From Planctomycetota bacterium (GTDB taxonomy: Bacteria > Planctomycetota > UBA8742 > UBA2392): DNA of 64,000 nucleotides. The notes under the pieces are model-generated. The model was not told the DNA's origin and did no database searches. It saw only the letters and a list, made by a program, of their open reading frames with translations. Of this stretch, positions 26,929-38,660 are shown in pieces (positions within the stretch are counted from its first letter, which is position 1; the number at the start of each line of letters is the position of its first letter). The stretch is taken from assembly GCA_020638675.1 (NCBI GenBank), contig JACKID010000001.1:2125537-2189536 (forward strand), given 5' to 3'. A program made the position numbers and the translations under genes.

Positions 26929-28259
26929 TGCATCGCTTTGTCGTTCTCGGGATCAACCACAAGTTCGCGCCCCTTGAGGTTCGCGAACGGTTGGCGTATC
27001 CCGACCGACGCATCCCCGGCGCCCTCAAGACCATCCGCGAAAAAGCCGGGTGCGCTGAGGCCGTTCTGATCTCGACCTGCAATCGCGTTGAGGTCTATGC
27101 CTTCACCGACGGCGAAGACGCCCGTGCCCGGCTACTGCTGGGTCTCGCCGCCGATCACGGAATGAAGCCCGAGTACCTTGAACAGTACTGCTACTTCCAC
27201 CGCGGGCGCGACGCCGTGGAGCACCTGATTCGCGTTGCAGGCGGGCTCGACAGCCTCGTGCTGGGCGAAACCCAGATTCTTAGCCAGACCAAGAAGGCCT
27301 ACCTGCTCGCGCAATCCGAGAATTCGACCGGCAAGGCGCTCAACGGGCTGTTTCATCGTGCGTTCCAGGCCGCCAAGCGCCTGCACACGGAGACAGGTAT
27401 CGGCGAAGGCCAACTGTCCGTTTCGGCCATTGCGGTGCGTTTCGTAAATCGCGTGTTTGAAGAACTTGGCGACAAGACGGCCCTGCTGATCGGCATCGGC
27501 GAGGTCGGAGAATTGACACTCACTTACCTGAAGGAAGCCGGCATCGGGCGAGTGGTGGTGGTTTCACGTAATCTAGAGCGCGCGCGCGAAACGGCCGCAC
27601 GCTTTGACGGCGACGCAGTGCCGTTTGAATTGCTTCAAGACTACTTGCCGGCCGCGCACGTCATCATTTCGCAGACGGCGTCCGAGACCCGAATTCTCGA
27701 GCGAAAGCACTTCCAGAAGTCGCAAAAGCAGCGCGGGTACGCTTCCGTATTCGCCCTCGACCTGGCCGTCCCACGCGACATTGCGGAGGACGCGGGCGAA
27801 GTTGAAGGAGTCTATCTCTACAACGTGGACGACCTGGAACACGTCGTCGCGGAACACACGATGGAACGCAGCCGCGAACTGGAGCAGTGCCGCGAAATCG
27901 TGGCCGATGAGGCCAACCACTTCCTCAAGGGCTTCAAGACTTTCGAGGCCGGCCCTTTGATCACACAGCTTCGCAGCCGGGCGGAGCAAGCTCGTGACGC
28001 AGAGTTGGAGCGCCTGTTCAATCGTCTGCCCGACCTGACTCCTGAAATGAAGGAAGAGCTTGCCGCGCATTCGACGCGTTTGCTCAACAAGCTGCTTCAC
28101 CCGCAGATCCAGGGCATCAAAGAGCAAGCCGCGCATGGCAATACGGACTCACTGCGTGTGATGGCGGAATCCCTGGGGGTTGAATCCGTGGCGTCAACGC
28201 AACCAGGACAGACCGCACCCGACGAATCCGAAACAGTACCCTCCGAGGAGCAGCCATGA
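26928..28259 (+). CDS. hemA: Glutamyl-tRNA reductase
   Basis: GINHKFAPLEVRE, STCNRVE, GLDSLVLGETQI, DLAVPRDI, LYNVDDL. Confidence 0.96.
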   Translation: MHRFVVLGINHKFAPLEVRERLAYPDRRIPGALKTIREKAGCAEAVLISTCNRVEVYAFTDGEDARARLLLGLAADHGMKPEYLEQYCYFHRGRDAVEHLIRVAGGLDSLVLGETQILSQTKKAYLLAQSENSTGKALNGLFHRAFQAAKRLHTETGIGEGQLSVSAIAVRFVNRVFEELGDKTALLIGIGEVGELTLTYLKEAGIGRVVVVSRNLERARETAARFDGDAVPFELLQDYLPAAHVIISQTASETRILERKHFQKSQKQRGYASVFALDLAVPRDIAEDAGEVEGVYLYNVDDLEHVVAEHTMERSRELEQCREIVADEANHFLKGFKTFEAGPLITQLRSRAEQARDAELERLFNRLPDLTPEMKEELAAHSTRLLNKLLHPQIQGIKEQAAHGNTDSLRVMAESLGVESVASTQPGQTAPDESETVPSEEQP

Positions 28260-28996
28260 GCGCATCCAGCTCAAGGTTGGAGTTTCTCGGCCAACTGGCC
28301 GGCGGGCTTGCACACGAGATCAAGAACCCCCTCAGCACCATCAAGCTGACGCTGCAGCTGCTGGAGGAAGACTTCGTCAAGGAAGATTCCCCCACCGCAA
28401 AGCGGGCGGTGCGCAAACTCGAGGTGCTGCTGCGCGAAGTCCAGCACCTCGACGACATTGTGCAGGAGTTCCTCACATTCGCACGCGGCCACGACATCAA
28501 GCTGACCCGCACCAACCTGCGCGAAATGGTCGTCGAACTCTTCGAGTTCCTTGCCGACGACGCCCAGGCGCGCGGCATTCGTTTGCACTTCGATTACGAA
28601 GGCGAGCTCAACAACCTGCTGCTGGACTCGACGTTGATCCGCCAGGCAATCCTGAACCTGCTTCGAAACGCGTTCGACGCGCTTGAGGGCAAGGACGGCG
28701 GCGAGGTCATTTTGCGCGCCCGCATCAAGGGCGACCTGCTGGGGATAGAGATCATCGACACGGGCTGCGGCATTGCAGCATCCAACTATGATCGTATGTT
28801 TCGCCCGTACTTCACGACGAAGAAGAAGGGCACCGGGATGGGCTTGCCGATGGTACGCCGGATCGTCGAGGAACACGGCGGGCAGATCACGTTCGAGTCG
28901 GAAGAAGGCAAGGGGACTCGCTTCCTGATTCTCATGCCGGTAGACCCCGAAAAACGCGGCAGCCTCAAGTCGATGGTGCGGAGCGAGCAACCATGA
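28256..28996 (+). CDS. Histidine kinase with HisKA and HATPase domains only
   Basis: LAHEIKNPL H-box at about residue 20, LNLLRNAFDA N-box, DTGCGI, GTGMGL; no sensor or TM segment. Confidence 0.9.
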   Translation: MSASSSRLEFLGQLAGGLAHEIKNPLSTIKLTLQLLEEDFVKEDSPTAKRAVRKLEVLLREVQHLDDIVQEFLTFARGHDIKLTRTNLREMVVELFEFLADDAQARGIRLHFDYEGELNNLLLDSTLIRQAILNLLRNAFDALEGKDGGEVILRARIKGDLLGIEIIDTGCGIAASNYDRMFRPYFTTKKKGTGMGLPMVRRIVEEHGGQITFESEEGKGTRFLILMPVDPEKRGSLKSMVRSEQP

Positions 28997-30258
28997 AAGT
29001 CCTCGTCATCGGCAGCGGCGCCCGGGAACACGCACTGGCCTGGAAGCTCAGCCAGTCACCACACGTCACAAAAGTATTTGCCGCGCCGGGCAGCGAAGGC
29101 ATGAAGGCCGTCGCCGAGCCGGTGAACATCAAGCCGGATGCCTTCAACGATCTCGTTTCGTTCGCCAAAGAGCAGAAGATCGACCTCACCGTTGTCGGTC
29201 CCGAAGACCCGCTGGTGAACGGCATCGTCGACCTGTTCAACCGCAAGCACTTGCGAATCTATGGCCCCAACGCAAAGGCGGCTCGTCTCGAAGGCAGCAA
29301 GGCCTACGCGAAAGACGTCATGTCGCGCCACGGGATTCAGACCGGCGGGCACAAGGTCTACGACAAGGCTGAGCCTGCGCGGGAATACCTCAACAATTGC
29401 GACTACCCGGTCGTGATCAAGGCCGACGGGCTCGCGGCCGGCAAGGGCGTGATGATCTGCCGTACGCTGGAAGAGGCCGAGGCAGCGATCAGCGAAGCCA
29501 TGGTCGACAAACGCTTCGGCGACGCCGGCAAACGGGTTTTGATCGAGGACTTCCTGCAGGGCGAAGAAGTGAGCGTCCATGCCATCAGCGACGGGCACAA
29601 CATCCTGCCGCTATGCCTGGCACAGGACCACAAGCCCGTCGGCGACGGCGACACCGGCGAGAATACCGGCGGCATGGGGACATACAGCCCGCTGCCCCAG
29701 ATCAGCGAAGCCCAGAACGCGATCCTGGAACGAGACGTCGTCGTCCAGACCATCCACGCCATGAACCGCGAAGGCGAGCCGTACAAGGGCACGATCTTCA
29801 TCGGCTGCATGATGACCAAGCAGGGCCCGAAAGTTCTGGAGTACAACGTACGCTTCGGCGACCCCGAGACACAGAGCATCATGATGCGTCTCAAGGGCGA
29901 TCTGTTCGAGATGCTGAACGCCACGATCGACGGCACGCTCGATACGATAGACGTGGACTGGGACCCGCGAAGCGCGGTCACGGTCGTGCTGGCCTCCGGC
30001 GGCTACCCGCGCAGCTACGAAAAGGGCTACAAGATCAAAGGCCTCAACAGCGACTTCGGGCCGGACGTACAGGTCTTCCATGCCGGCACAAAGAGAGTCG
30101 ATGGCGACTGGTACACGAACGGCGGCCGTGTCATGAGCGTGGTCGCGCTCGGCAACGACCTGCGCGATGCCCGCGAGAAAGCCTACGCGGCAGTGGACAA
30201 AATCCACTTCGACAAGATGATCTACCGCAAGGATATCGGCTTCCGCGGCTTGAAGTAG
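28993..30258 (+). CDS. purD: Phosphoribosylamine-glycine ligase
   Basis: MKVLVIGSGAREHALAW, KADGLAAGKGV, NTGGMG, EYNVRFGDPE, TNGGRV. Confidence 0.97.
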   Translation: MKVLVIGSGAREHALAWKLSQSPHVTKVFAAPGSEGMKAVAEPVNIKPDAFNDLVSFAKEQKIDLTVVGPEDPLVNGIVDLFNRKHLRIYGPNAKAARLEGSKAYAKDVMSRHGIQTGGHKVYDKAEPAREYLNNCDYPVVIKADGLAAGKGVMICRTLEEAEAAISEAMVDKRFGDAGKRVLIEDFLQGEEVSVHAISDGHNILPLCLAQDHKPVGDGDTGENTGGMGTYSPLPQISEAQNAILERDVVVQTIHAMNREGEPYKGTIFIGCMMTKQGPKVLEYNVRFGDPETQSIMMRLKGDLFEMLNATIDGTLDTIDVDWDPRSAVTVVLASGGYPRSYEKGYKIKGLNSDFGPDVQVFHAGTKRVDGDWYTNGGRVMSVVALGNDLRDAREKAYAAVDKIHFDKMIYRKDIGFRGLK

Positions 30259-30265
30259 GAGACCC

Positions 30266-31282
30266 ATGGCAGGCTCAGCAACAACCAGCTCCCCCACCAT
30301 CGGCGACGGTCCGCTGGTTAACGTCGCCGACTTCATCATTGATGGCGGCGTGCTCGATGACGCTACGGCATTGCGCCTGTTGCTGCTGCCCGATGATCGG
30401 GTCTACGACTTGATGTACTCAGCCTACCTGGTGAAACGCCATTTCCAGGGCGACAAGTTGCACCGCTGCAGCATCGTCAACGCCAAGTCCGGCGCCTGCG
30501 GCGAGGACTGCAAGTTCTGCGGCCAGAGCGCCAGCTACCAGAAGGACACGGGCGTCGAGACCTACCCGGTTATGAACGCCGACAGCATCCTCCGCGCGGC
30601 CGACATGGCCGTCGAATACGGCAGCACCAATTTCGGCATCGTGACCGCCATCAAGGGCGTGCAGGATGGCCCGATGCTCGATGCCATCTGCACGGCCGTG
30701 CGCAAGATTCGCGCCGCGGGAAAGATTGCACCCGACGCAAGCCTCGGCGTGGTGAGCAAGCGCGTGCTCGAGAAGCTGAAAGACGCGGGGCTGCAGGTGT
30801 ATCACCACAACCTTGAGTGCTCGCGCAGCTACTACCCGAACATCTGCACCACCCGCGATTGGTCTGAGAACTACGAAACGATTCAGCGCGCCAAGCAAAC
30901 GGGCCTGGAAGTCTGCTGCGGGGGCATCCTCGGCATGGGCGAAAACGTTGAGCAGCGCGTCGAGTTGATGCAGCAAGTCGCAAGCCTGCAGCCTGAGCAC
31001 ATCCCGCTGAACTTCCTTGTGCCGGTTCAGGGCACGCCGCTGGAAGACGTCGAGCCGCTGCGTCCCATGGACTGCCTTAAGGCCATCGCAGTATTCCGCC
31101 TCACGAACCCGCGCAGCGACCTGTTCATCGCGGGCGGGCGCATTCAGCACCTGCGCCAGTTACAGCCGTTCATCTTCATGGCCGGCGCCAACGGCATGAT
31201 GGTAGGCAACTACCTGACCACCACCGGCCGAACCAAGGAAGACGACCTTGAGTTGGTGGCAGACCTCGGGCTCGAAGGCTGA
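30266..31282 (+). CDS. bioB: Biotin synthase
   Basis: Radical-SAM CGEDCKFC, YHHNLE, CCGGILGMGE, IPLNFL, GNYLTTTG. Confidence 0.95.
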   Translation: MAGSATTSSPTIGDGPLVNVADFIIDGGVLDDATALRLLLLPDDRVYDLMYSAYLVKRHFQGDKLHRCSIVNAKSGACGEDCKFCGQSASYQKDTGVETYPVMNADSILRAADMAVEYGSTNFGIVTAIKGVQDGPMLDAICTAVRKIRAAGKIAPDASLGVVSKRVLEKLKDAGLQVYHHNLECSRSYYPNICTTRDWSENYETIQRAKQTGLEVCCGGILGMGENVEQRVELMQQVASLQPEHIPLNFLVPVQGTPLEDVEPLRPMDCLKAIAVFRLTNPRSDLFIAGGRIQHLRQLQPFIFMAGANGMMVGNYLTTTGRTKEDDLELVADLGLEG

Positions 31283-31366
31283 GTCAGCGGTACAAATCAC
31301 TCATCGGACTGTAATTGGCCGCGACTAGCCAACCCCTTAGCCTGCGCACGTCAATCGTGAACGGGG

Positions 31367-32029
31367 GTGAAAATGGCTTGGAGAATCGGCTCACGCAAAC
31401 ACCGCAGCATGTCACCAATCGGGATGGCAATCACGGGGTTTGCAATCGGGGTGCTGCTTGTCGCCGGCGGGATCTGGGCGTCAACTAGGGGTGGCGAACT
31501 AAATCAGATGGCGGCAAGTGGGCAAAGGGTTCCCGCCAAAGTCGTTGATGCTCGTGAAGAGAAGAAAAGAACACGTCGCAACGGACGCACCCGTACGACC
31601 TACGACTACTTCGTGACCGTCAGCTTCACGCACCCGGATGGACGACCAATCCAAAAGGAGCGCGAGGTCAGCAGCAGCGTGCACAGCCACTATGGCACAT
31701 GCCACGGCGGCGCGAGCATGCCGACTACCGTCGTCATCAACCCTGCAGACCCATCCGACTGGCTGATTGAAGAGCAACTGCAAAGCAAGCAAGCGTCGAC
31801 GGATACCATGGCGTGGCTGCTTCCGCTGATTGGTCTCGGCTTCTTCGGCATGGGCGTGTTTGGAACAGTCAGCCATATGAGACGGCGAAACAACTCACCG
31901 ACGCCCGCACCGGGATACGGCTACCCACCATCTCAAACAGGCGGGCCCGTACCCTACCCACAGCCTCCCGCCAATCCGGATGAGCACGTCATCTACGACG
32001 CAAGGCGTGAGCCGCACCGTCCTCACTAG
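31367..32029 (+). CDS. DUF3592-like membrane protein
   Basis: Two TM helices flanking a beta domain (VPAKVVDARE...YDYFVTVSF); Pro-rich tail. Start uncertain. Confidence 0.65.
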   Translation: MKMAWRIGSRKHRSMSPIGMAITGFAIGVLLVAGGIWASTRGGELNQMAASGQRVPAKVVDAREEKKRTRRNGRTRTTYDYFVTVSFTHPDGRPIQKEREVSSSVHSHYGTCHGGASMPTTVVINPADPSDWLIEEQLQSKQASTDTMAWLLPLIGLGFFGMGVFGTVSHMRRRNNSPTPAPGYGYPPSQTGGPVPYPQPPANPDEHVIYDARREPHRPH

Positions 32030-32121
32030 CCGGATCCATTCATGGGCGCAAAGCAAACCATGCCGCAGCAGCTCGAGGGTCAACCTCGTGCTGCCGCGGC
32101 ACGGGCATTTCGGTCCACATG

Positions 32122-33318
32122 TCACGGCAATGACGTCAGCGCCGGCATCTTTGCCAACTCCGCCCTGCTCAACCCGGACAGGCTCATCTCAAGGTTGTGC
32201 CTTGCGGCCGGAAGCAGGTTCGCACCTCTCAGCAGCACATTGCGCAGGCGCCGTCGATACAAGCCTCGCATTGTGGCAAGTGCCGTCAGCCTGCCTGCCA
32301 GCCCCAGCACCTTCTTTGCAGCCGGGCGACGAAGCGCCTGGTACTCATCCAGCGCCGAAGCCGGTGCGAGACCCTTTGCGACGCGGGCAAGCGCTTCGCC
32401 CAAAACCACGGCATCAACCAGCCCGGTGTTCATCCCCTGACCGCCCGCAGGGCTGTGCGCGTGCGCCGCATCACCCATCAGCAACAGGCGCCCATTCCGG
32501 TACGTCCGCGCCAGGCGATGGTGCAGTCGGAAACGGGAACTCCACACGGCCCGTTTCACCACGATCCCGCCGGCAGAAGGACCGCGTTCGTTGAGCAACT
32601 TCTGGATGTCTGCCAGAGCCGGTTGCTCCGGTGCATCGTCCATGGTTGCCACAACGCGGAACGTTCCGTCCGGCAGCGGCGCGACGACCACCAGCCCCGA
32701 CGGCGAGAAGAACAGCGAGACCTCTTCGTTGCCGAGCGGCCAATCCATCTCGACATCCGCCAGCACGAACGACGATTCGAATGCCGCCCCATCAAACGAG
32801 ATCCCGGCGGATTCGCGCACGGTACTGTGCATCCCGTCCGCGCCCACCACGTAGCGGGCAAAGACGGATTGCTCGCGCCCGGCCTGGGTCAGCATCGTTA
32901 CGGTACCGTGTTCGGTCTGGATCACCTCTCCCGCCGTCACTCCCCTGTGAATCTTGCCGCCGAGCCGCGCGATTCTCTCCGCGAGAATGCGCTCCGTTTC
33001 GTGCTGCGGCAGCATCAGCAGGTACGGGTGCCTTGTTGGCAGCTCGTCGAAGCGCAGTGCCACCAGCGGCTTATCCCGGTCGCGAATGCTGAACTTCGCA
33101 AGCTTCAGCCCCTTGGCGGTCATCGCGTCACTGACACCCAGTTGCCGAAGGGTGTCGAGCGTCTGGGCGTGAATCACTGCGGCACGCGAAGTGGTATGGC
33201 TGGTCTCATTCTTGTCGACCAGCAGGTGCTTCACGCCGGCCTGATGAAGCGCGATGGACAGGGCCATGCCCGTGGGCCCGGCGCCAACAATCAGCACGTC
33301 AGTAGTTGCGGGTAACAT
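32122..33318 (-). CDS. FAD-dependent monooxygenase (PheA/TfdB type)
   Basis: DVLIVGAGPTG, VGADGMHSTVR, GDAAHAHSPAGGQGMNTG; start ATG 33318 after GGAGAG. Confidence 0.92.
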   Translation of the reverse strand: MLPATTDVLIVGAGPTGMALSIALHQAGVKHLLVDKNETSHTTSRAAVIHAQTLDTLRQLGVSDAMTAKGLKLAKFSIRDRDKPLVALRFDELPTRHPYLLMLPQHETERILAERIARLGGKIHRGVTAGEVIQTEHGTVTMLTQAGREQSVFARYVVGADGMHSTVRESAGISFDGAAFESSFVLADVEMDWPLGNEEVSLFFSPSGLVVVAPLPDGTFRVVATMDDAPEQPALADIQKLLNERGPSAGGIVVKRAVWSSRFRLHHRLARTYRNGRLLLMGDAAHAHSPAGGQGMNTGLVDAVVLGEALARVAKGLAPASALDEYQALRRPAAKKVLGLAGRLTALATMRGLYRRRLRNVLLRGANLLPAARHNLEMSLSGLSRAELAKMPALTSLP

Positions 33319-33341
33319 TGTCGTCTCTCCGTTCTCGTTTA

Positions 33342-33366
33342 TCAACGTCCGTTGACTTCTAATGTC
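33342..33366. promoter_or_regulatory. Divergent promoter region with candidate TetR operator palindromes
   Basis: TCAAC-GTCC-GTTGA (33342-33355) overlaps TTGAC-N7-GTCAA (33352-33368); a perfect TTGACA -35 lies on the - strand. Confidence 0.55.
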
Positions 33367-33414
33367 AAACACCGCCGATTGCATTTGTCATCCAATGTTG
33401 GCAAATTTTCTTCC

Positions 33415-33983
33415 ATGGCTGAAAAGACACGCACACCGAAGTCCGCCCGAACTCGGGCGGCACTGCTTGAGGCAGCACGCGAGCTGTTTGCGGAACGCGG
33501 ATACGTAAAAGTGACCGTAAGGGACATCGCCGCGAAGGCCGGAATCGACCCGGCAATGGTCATTCGCTACTTCGGAAGCAAGGACGGGATCTTCGCCGAT
33601 GCGGCGGAATTCAACCTGGAGTTGCCGGACTTGCGCGGCGTGGCCCGCAACTCCATTGGAGAGGCGCTTACTCGCCACTTCCTGTCGATCTGGGACAGTC
33701 CCGATGCCGGGTTGCCGGTGCTGCTGCGGTCCGCGAGTACCAACGAGTTGGCAAACGCCCGTATGCGCGAGATCTTCAACAAGCAGATTCGAACCGCCCT
33801 GGAAGCGATCGCCGGGCCTGACGAGGCTGAGCAGCGCGCAGGCCTAGTCTCAAGCCAGCTCCTGGGCTTGGCCGTGTGTCGCTATGTGCTGAAGTTGCCG
33901 CCTGTTGTTCGCATGTCGAAGGAGCAACTGGTCAAGACGATCGGCAAGACCCTGCAGCAATACATCACCGGCAGACTGCCTCG

Positions 33984-33987
<4 letters not shown>
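33415..33987 (+). CDS. TetR-family transcriptional regulator
   Basis: ARELFAERGY..TVRDIAAKAGIDPAMVIRYFGSKDGIF helix-turn-helix; divergent from the monooxygenase. Confidence 0.92.
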
Positions 33988-35807
<1,820 letters not shown>

Positions 35808-35814
35808 CTCGGCC

Positions 35815-36291
35815 TTATTGCGCGGGCTTGAGTAACACCACGGCCTGGGTGGCGATGGCCTCTTCTCGGCCGACGGCATCCAGCCCCTCGTTGGTGCGGG
35901 CCTTGACGTTAACCCTGCGGGTCTCGATCTCAAGAAGCGACGCGATGCGCGCTTCCATCTGGCTCTTGTAGGGTTTCAGCTTCGGCACCTGGGCGATGAT
36001 GTTGCAATCAATGTTCTCGACTTCCCAGCCGCGGCGCCGTACGTGCTTCCAGGCTTCCTTCAGCAGATCGCCGCTGTCGGCATCCTTCCATTTCGGATCC
36101 GTGTCCGGGAAATACTCGCCGATGTCGCCCAGACCGGCCGCGCCAAGCAGAGCGTCTGTAATGGCATGCAACAGGACGTCGCCGTCGCTGTGTGCCTTGC
36201 AGCCGCGATCGAACTCGATTTCCAGCCCGCCGAGGATCAGCGGACGGCCCGCGACCAGCTGATGGATGTCGTAGCCGATGCCTACGCGCAT
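35815..36291 (-). CDS. ispF: 2-C-methyl-D-erythritol 2,4-cyclodiphosphate synthase
   Basis: MRVGIGYDIH, HSDGDVLLHAITDALLGA, GDIG..FPDTD, VKARTNEGL. Confidence 0.96.
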   Translation of the reverse strand: MRVGIGYDIHQLVAGRPLILGGLEIEFDRGCKAHSDGDVLLHAITDALLGAAGLGDIGEYFPDTDPKWKDADSGDLLKEAWKHVRRRGWEVENIDCNIIAQVPKLKPYKSQMEARIASLLEIETRRVNVKARTNEGLDAVGREEAIATQAVVLLKPAQ

Positions 36292-36392
36292 TACCCGTCT
36301 CCTGCCACAATCATGCCAGCGCCATGCGGAAAGGGAAGCCGCTGGCGAACGTCGCCACGCGTGGTTAGATGCAGGCATAACGGAGACAAGAC

Positions 36393-37109
36393 ATGGCGGA
36401 AATGACCTCGTTCGGCGATGGCACCAGCGACTACGAGAAGTACATCCACACGCAGGAGCTCTACAAGCTTCAGAAGACTCCCGACCAATGGGTGAACGAA
36501 GAGGAGTTGCTGTTTCAGGTTGTCCACCAGGCCATGGAGCTGTGGCTGAAGGTCTGCATCCAGCACCTGGAGCAGAGCATTGCGTGGATGGGCGAGGGCA
36601 AACTGCACGAGGCCACACGCTTCCTGCGGCGTACCGCCAAGGTTCTGACGTTCCTCGCGGACAGCCTCGAATTCCCGCGCAGCATCTCGCCCTGGGACTA
36701 CCACAAGATTCGCATGGGACTGGGCAAGGGCTCGGGGCAGGAGAGTCCCACCTACAAGCGCATACACAAGGTCGTTCCCCGCGTGCTGACGGCGTTCAAT
36801 GAACTGATCGCGTCCCGCAAGGTCACGCTTGATCAACTTCATGCCGAGCGCGAACAGCATCAGGAGCTCTATGACCTGATGTGGGCGATGGCGGAATTCG
36901 ACCAGGAACTGATGCACTGGAAGTACCGACATTTCCACGTGGTCAAGCGCATTATCGGCGACGCGGTCATGAGCTTGAAAGGCATCCCGGCCAGCAGCCT
37001 GCAGAGTACCGCCCACGAGGCGCAATTCCCGGACATATGGGCCGTCATCAATCGCACTACGAACAGCTACAACGCCAAGTTCCGCCCGGAGGGCGCGTCA
37101 GGCTACTAG
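36393..37109 (+). CDS. kynA: Tryptophan 2,3-dioxygenase family protein
   Basis: YEKYIHTQELYKLQ, ELLFQVVHQAMELWLK, GSGQESP, WKYRHFHVVKRIIG. Confidence 0.82.
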   Translation: MAEMTSFGDGTSDYEKYIHTQELYKLQKTPDQWVNEEELLFQVVHQAMELWLKVCIQHLEQSIAWMGEGKLHEATRFLRRTAKVLTFLADSLEFPRSISPWDYHKIRMGLGKGSGQESPTYKRIHKVVPRVLTAFNELIASRKVTLDQLHAEREQHQELYDLMWAMAEFDQELMHWKYRHFHVVKRIIGDAVMSLKGIPASSLQSTAHEAQFPDIWAVINRTTNSYNAKFRPEGASGY

Positions 37110-37177
37110 ATTGATCGTTGGTGGATTCGGCATTCAGAAGTGTAAGATCAAGCCCACACTTCACCCGGGAGACTGCC

Positions 37178-37402
37178 ATGCCCAAGAAGACGGGATTGAT
37201 CGTGCTGCTGTTGGGGGTGGCGATCATCATCGCCGCGCTGGTAGACCTGTTTGGCATGAGCGCCGGGTTCAACATGGATTTTGGGAAGTTCGGCAGCTTC
37301 AGCGAGTGGCCGACGGAGCGTCTGGTGCTGCTCGGCGTCGGGGTGTTGCTTGGCGTGTGGGGCGCATACAGCCTGAGCCGCCAGTCCAAGAAGAAGAAAT
37401 AG
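37178..37402 (+). CDS. Small two-TM membrane protein
   Basis: 74 aa from ATG 37178 after GGAG; two hydrophobic segments; basic tail KKKK. Confidence 0.55.
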   Translation: MPKKTGLIVLLLGVAIIIAALVDLFGMSAGFNMDFGKFGSFSEWPTERLVLLGVGVLLGVWGAYSLSRQSKKKK

Positions 37403-37464
37403 CGCGCGGACTCTCCTGTGGCACCGGTCCGCGCCAATCGCTAGAAACGCGGCAGGAGGGCTAA

Positions 37465-38628
37465 ATGCCGGACGACCCACTGCTCAAATGGCGCGAGGAG
37501 TTTCCAATCCTCGCGAAGAAGACCTACCTCATCAACAACAGCCTTGGCGCTATGCCTCGCGGCGTTCGCGACGGGCTGAAGCACTTCGCCGACATGTGGG
37601 ACAATGACGGCGTGGTTGCCTGGCACTATCCGGACGGCTCGGGCTGGCTGGATGATTGCGAGAAAATGGCCGATCTGATCGGCAGTGTGATCAACGCCAA
37701 ACCTGGCAGCATGATGCTGCACCTCAACGTGGCTTCGCTGACGGCCCAAGTGCTTTCAAGCATTGACTTCAGCGGCCCCCGCAATCGCATCGTCTACGAC
37801 GACATGCAGTTCACCAGCCCCCACTACGTGTGCCAGGCGTGGACGCGCTACGGCGCTGAGTTGGAAATCGTGAAATCCGATGACGGCATCAGCGTGGACG
37901 TGCAGAAGATTGTGGACGCCATCGATGAGCGCACAGCCGTTGTGCCCATCAGCCACGTCTACTTCCGAAGCGCCTACCTGCAGGATGTGAAACCAATCAT
38001 TGAAAAGGCACATAAGGTAGGCGCAAAGGTCCTGCTGGACGTCTACCAGAGCATCGGCACTGTGCCGATTGACGTGAAAGACCTCAACGTTGACTACCTG
38101 GTCGGCGGCAGCGTGAAGTGGGTCTGCGGCGGGCCGAACGTCTGCTACCTGTACATTCGGCCGGACCTGATGAAGGACTACAAACCCGCGCTGACCGGCT
38201 GGATCAGCCACGCGCGCCCCTTCAAGTTCGAGATGGACTTCACTCCGCACGAAAGCGCGTGGCGCGCGGCCACTGGAACACCGCCGGTCGTGGCGCTTTA
38301 CAGCGCGCGTCCGGGCTACGAGATCATCAAGCAGGTCGGAGTAGAGAACATCCGCGCCAAGAGCAAGCGGATGACGGCCCACCTGTTTGAGCGCGCCAAG
38401 GAGGCCGGGTTCAAGGTCAACTCCCCCACCGACCCGGAACGCCGCGGCGGGACCGTGTGCATCGACTTCGACGGGGCAGCAAAGGCCGAGAACAAACTGA
38501 TCGAGCGTGGCTTCATCATCGACTACCGCCCGGGTGGCGGGATTCGGGTCAGCCCGCACTTCTACAATACGGTTGAGGAAATCGACGCGATCATTGACGA
38601 GATGAAGAACCTGCGAGATGGCAAATAG
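37465..38628 (+). CDS. kynU: Kynureninase-like PLP-dependent class V aminotransferase-fold enzyme
   Basis: LINNSLGAMP, LLDVYQSIG, GGSVKWVCGGP (PLP Lys), TGTPP, RGGTV; adjacent to TDO. Confidence 0.75.
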   Translation: MPDDPLLKWREEFPILAKKTYLINNSLGAMPRGVRDGLKHFADMWDNDGVVAWHYPDGSGWLDDCEKMADLIGSVINAKPGSMMLHLNVASLTAQVLSSIDFSGPRNRIVYDDMQFTSPHYVCQAWTRYGAELEIVKSDDGISVDVQKIVDAIDERTAVVPISHVYFRSAYLQDVKPIIEKAHKVGAKVLLDVYQSIGTVPIDVKDLNVDYLVGGSVKWVCGGPNVCYLYIRPDLMKDYKPALTGWISHARPFKFEMDFTPHESAWRAATGTPPVVALYSARPGYEIIKQVGVENIRAKSKRMTAHLFERAKEAGFKVNSPTDPERRGGTVCIDFDGAAKAENKLIERGFIIDYRPGGGIRVSPHFYNTVEEIDAIIDEMKNLRDGK

Positions 38629-38660
38629 CCATCCAGCCCGCTTCGGGATAACATGCCGGC

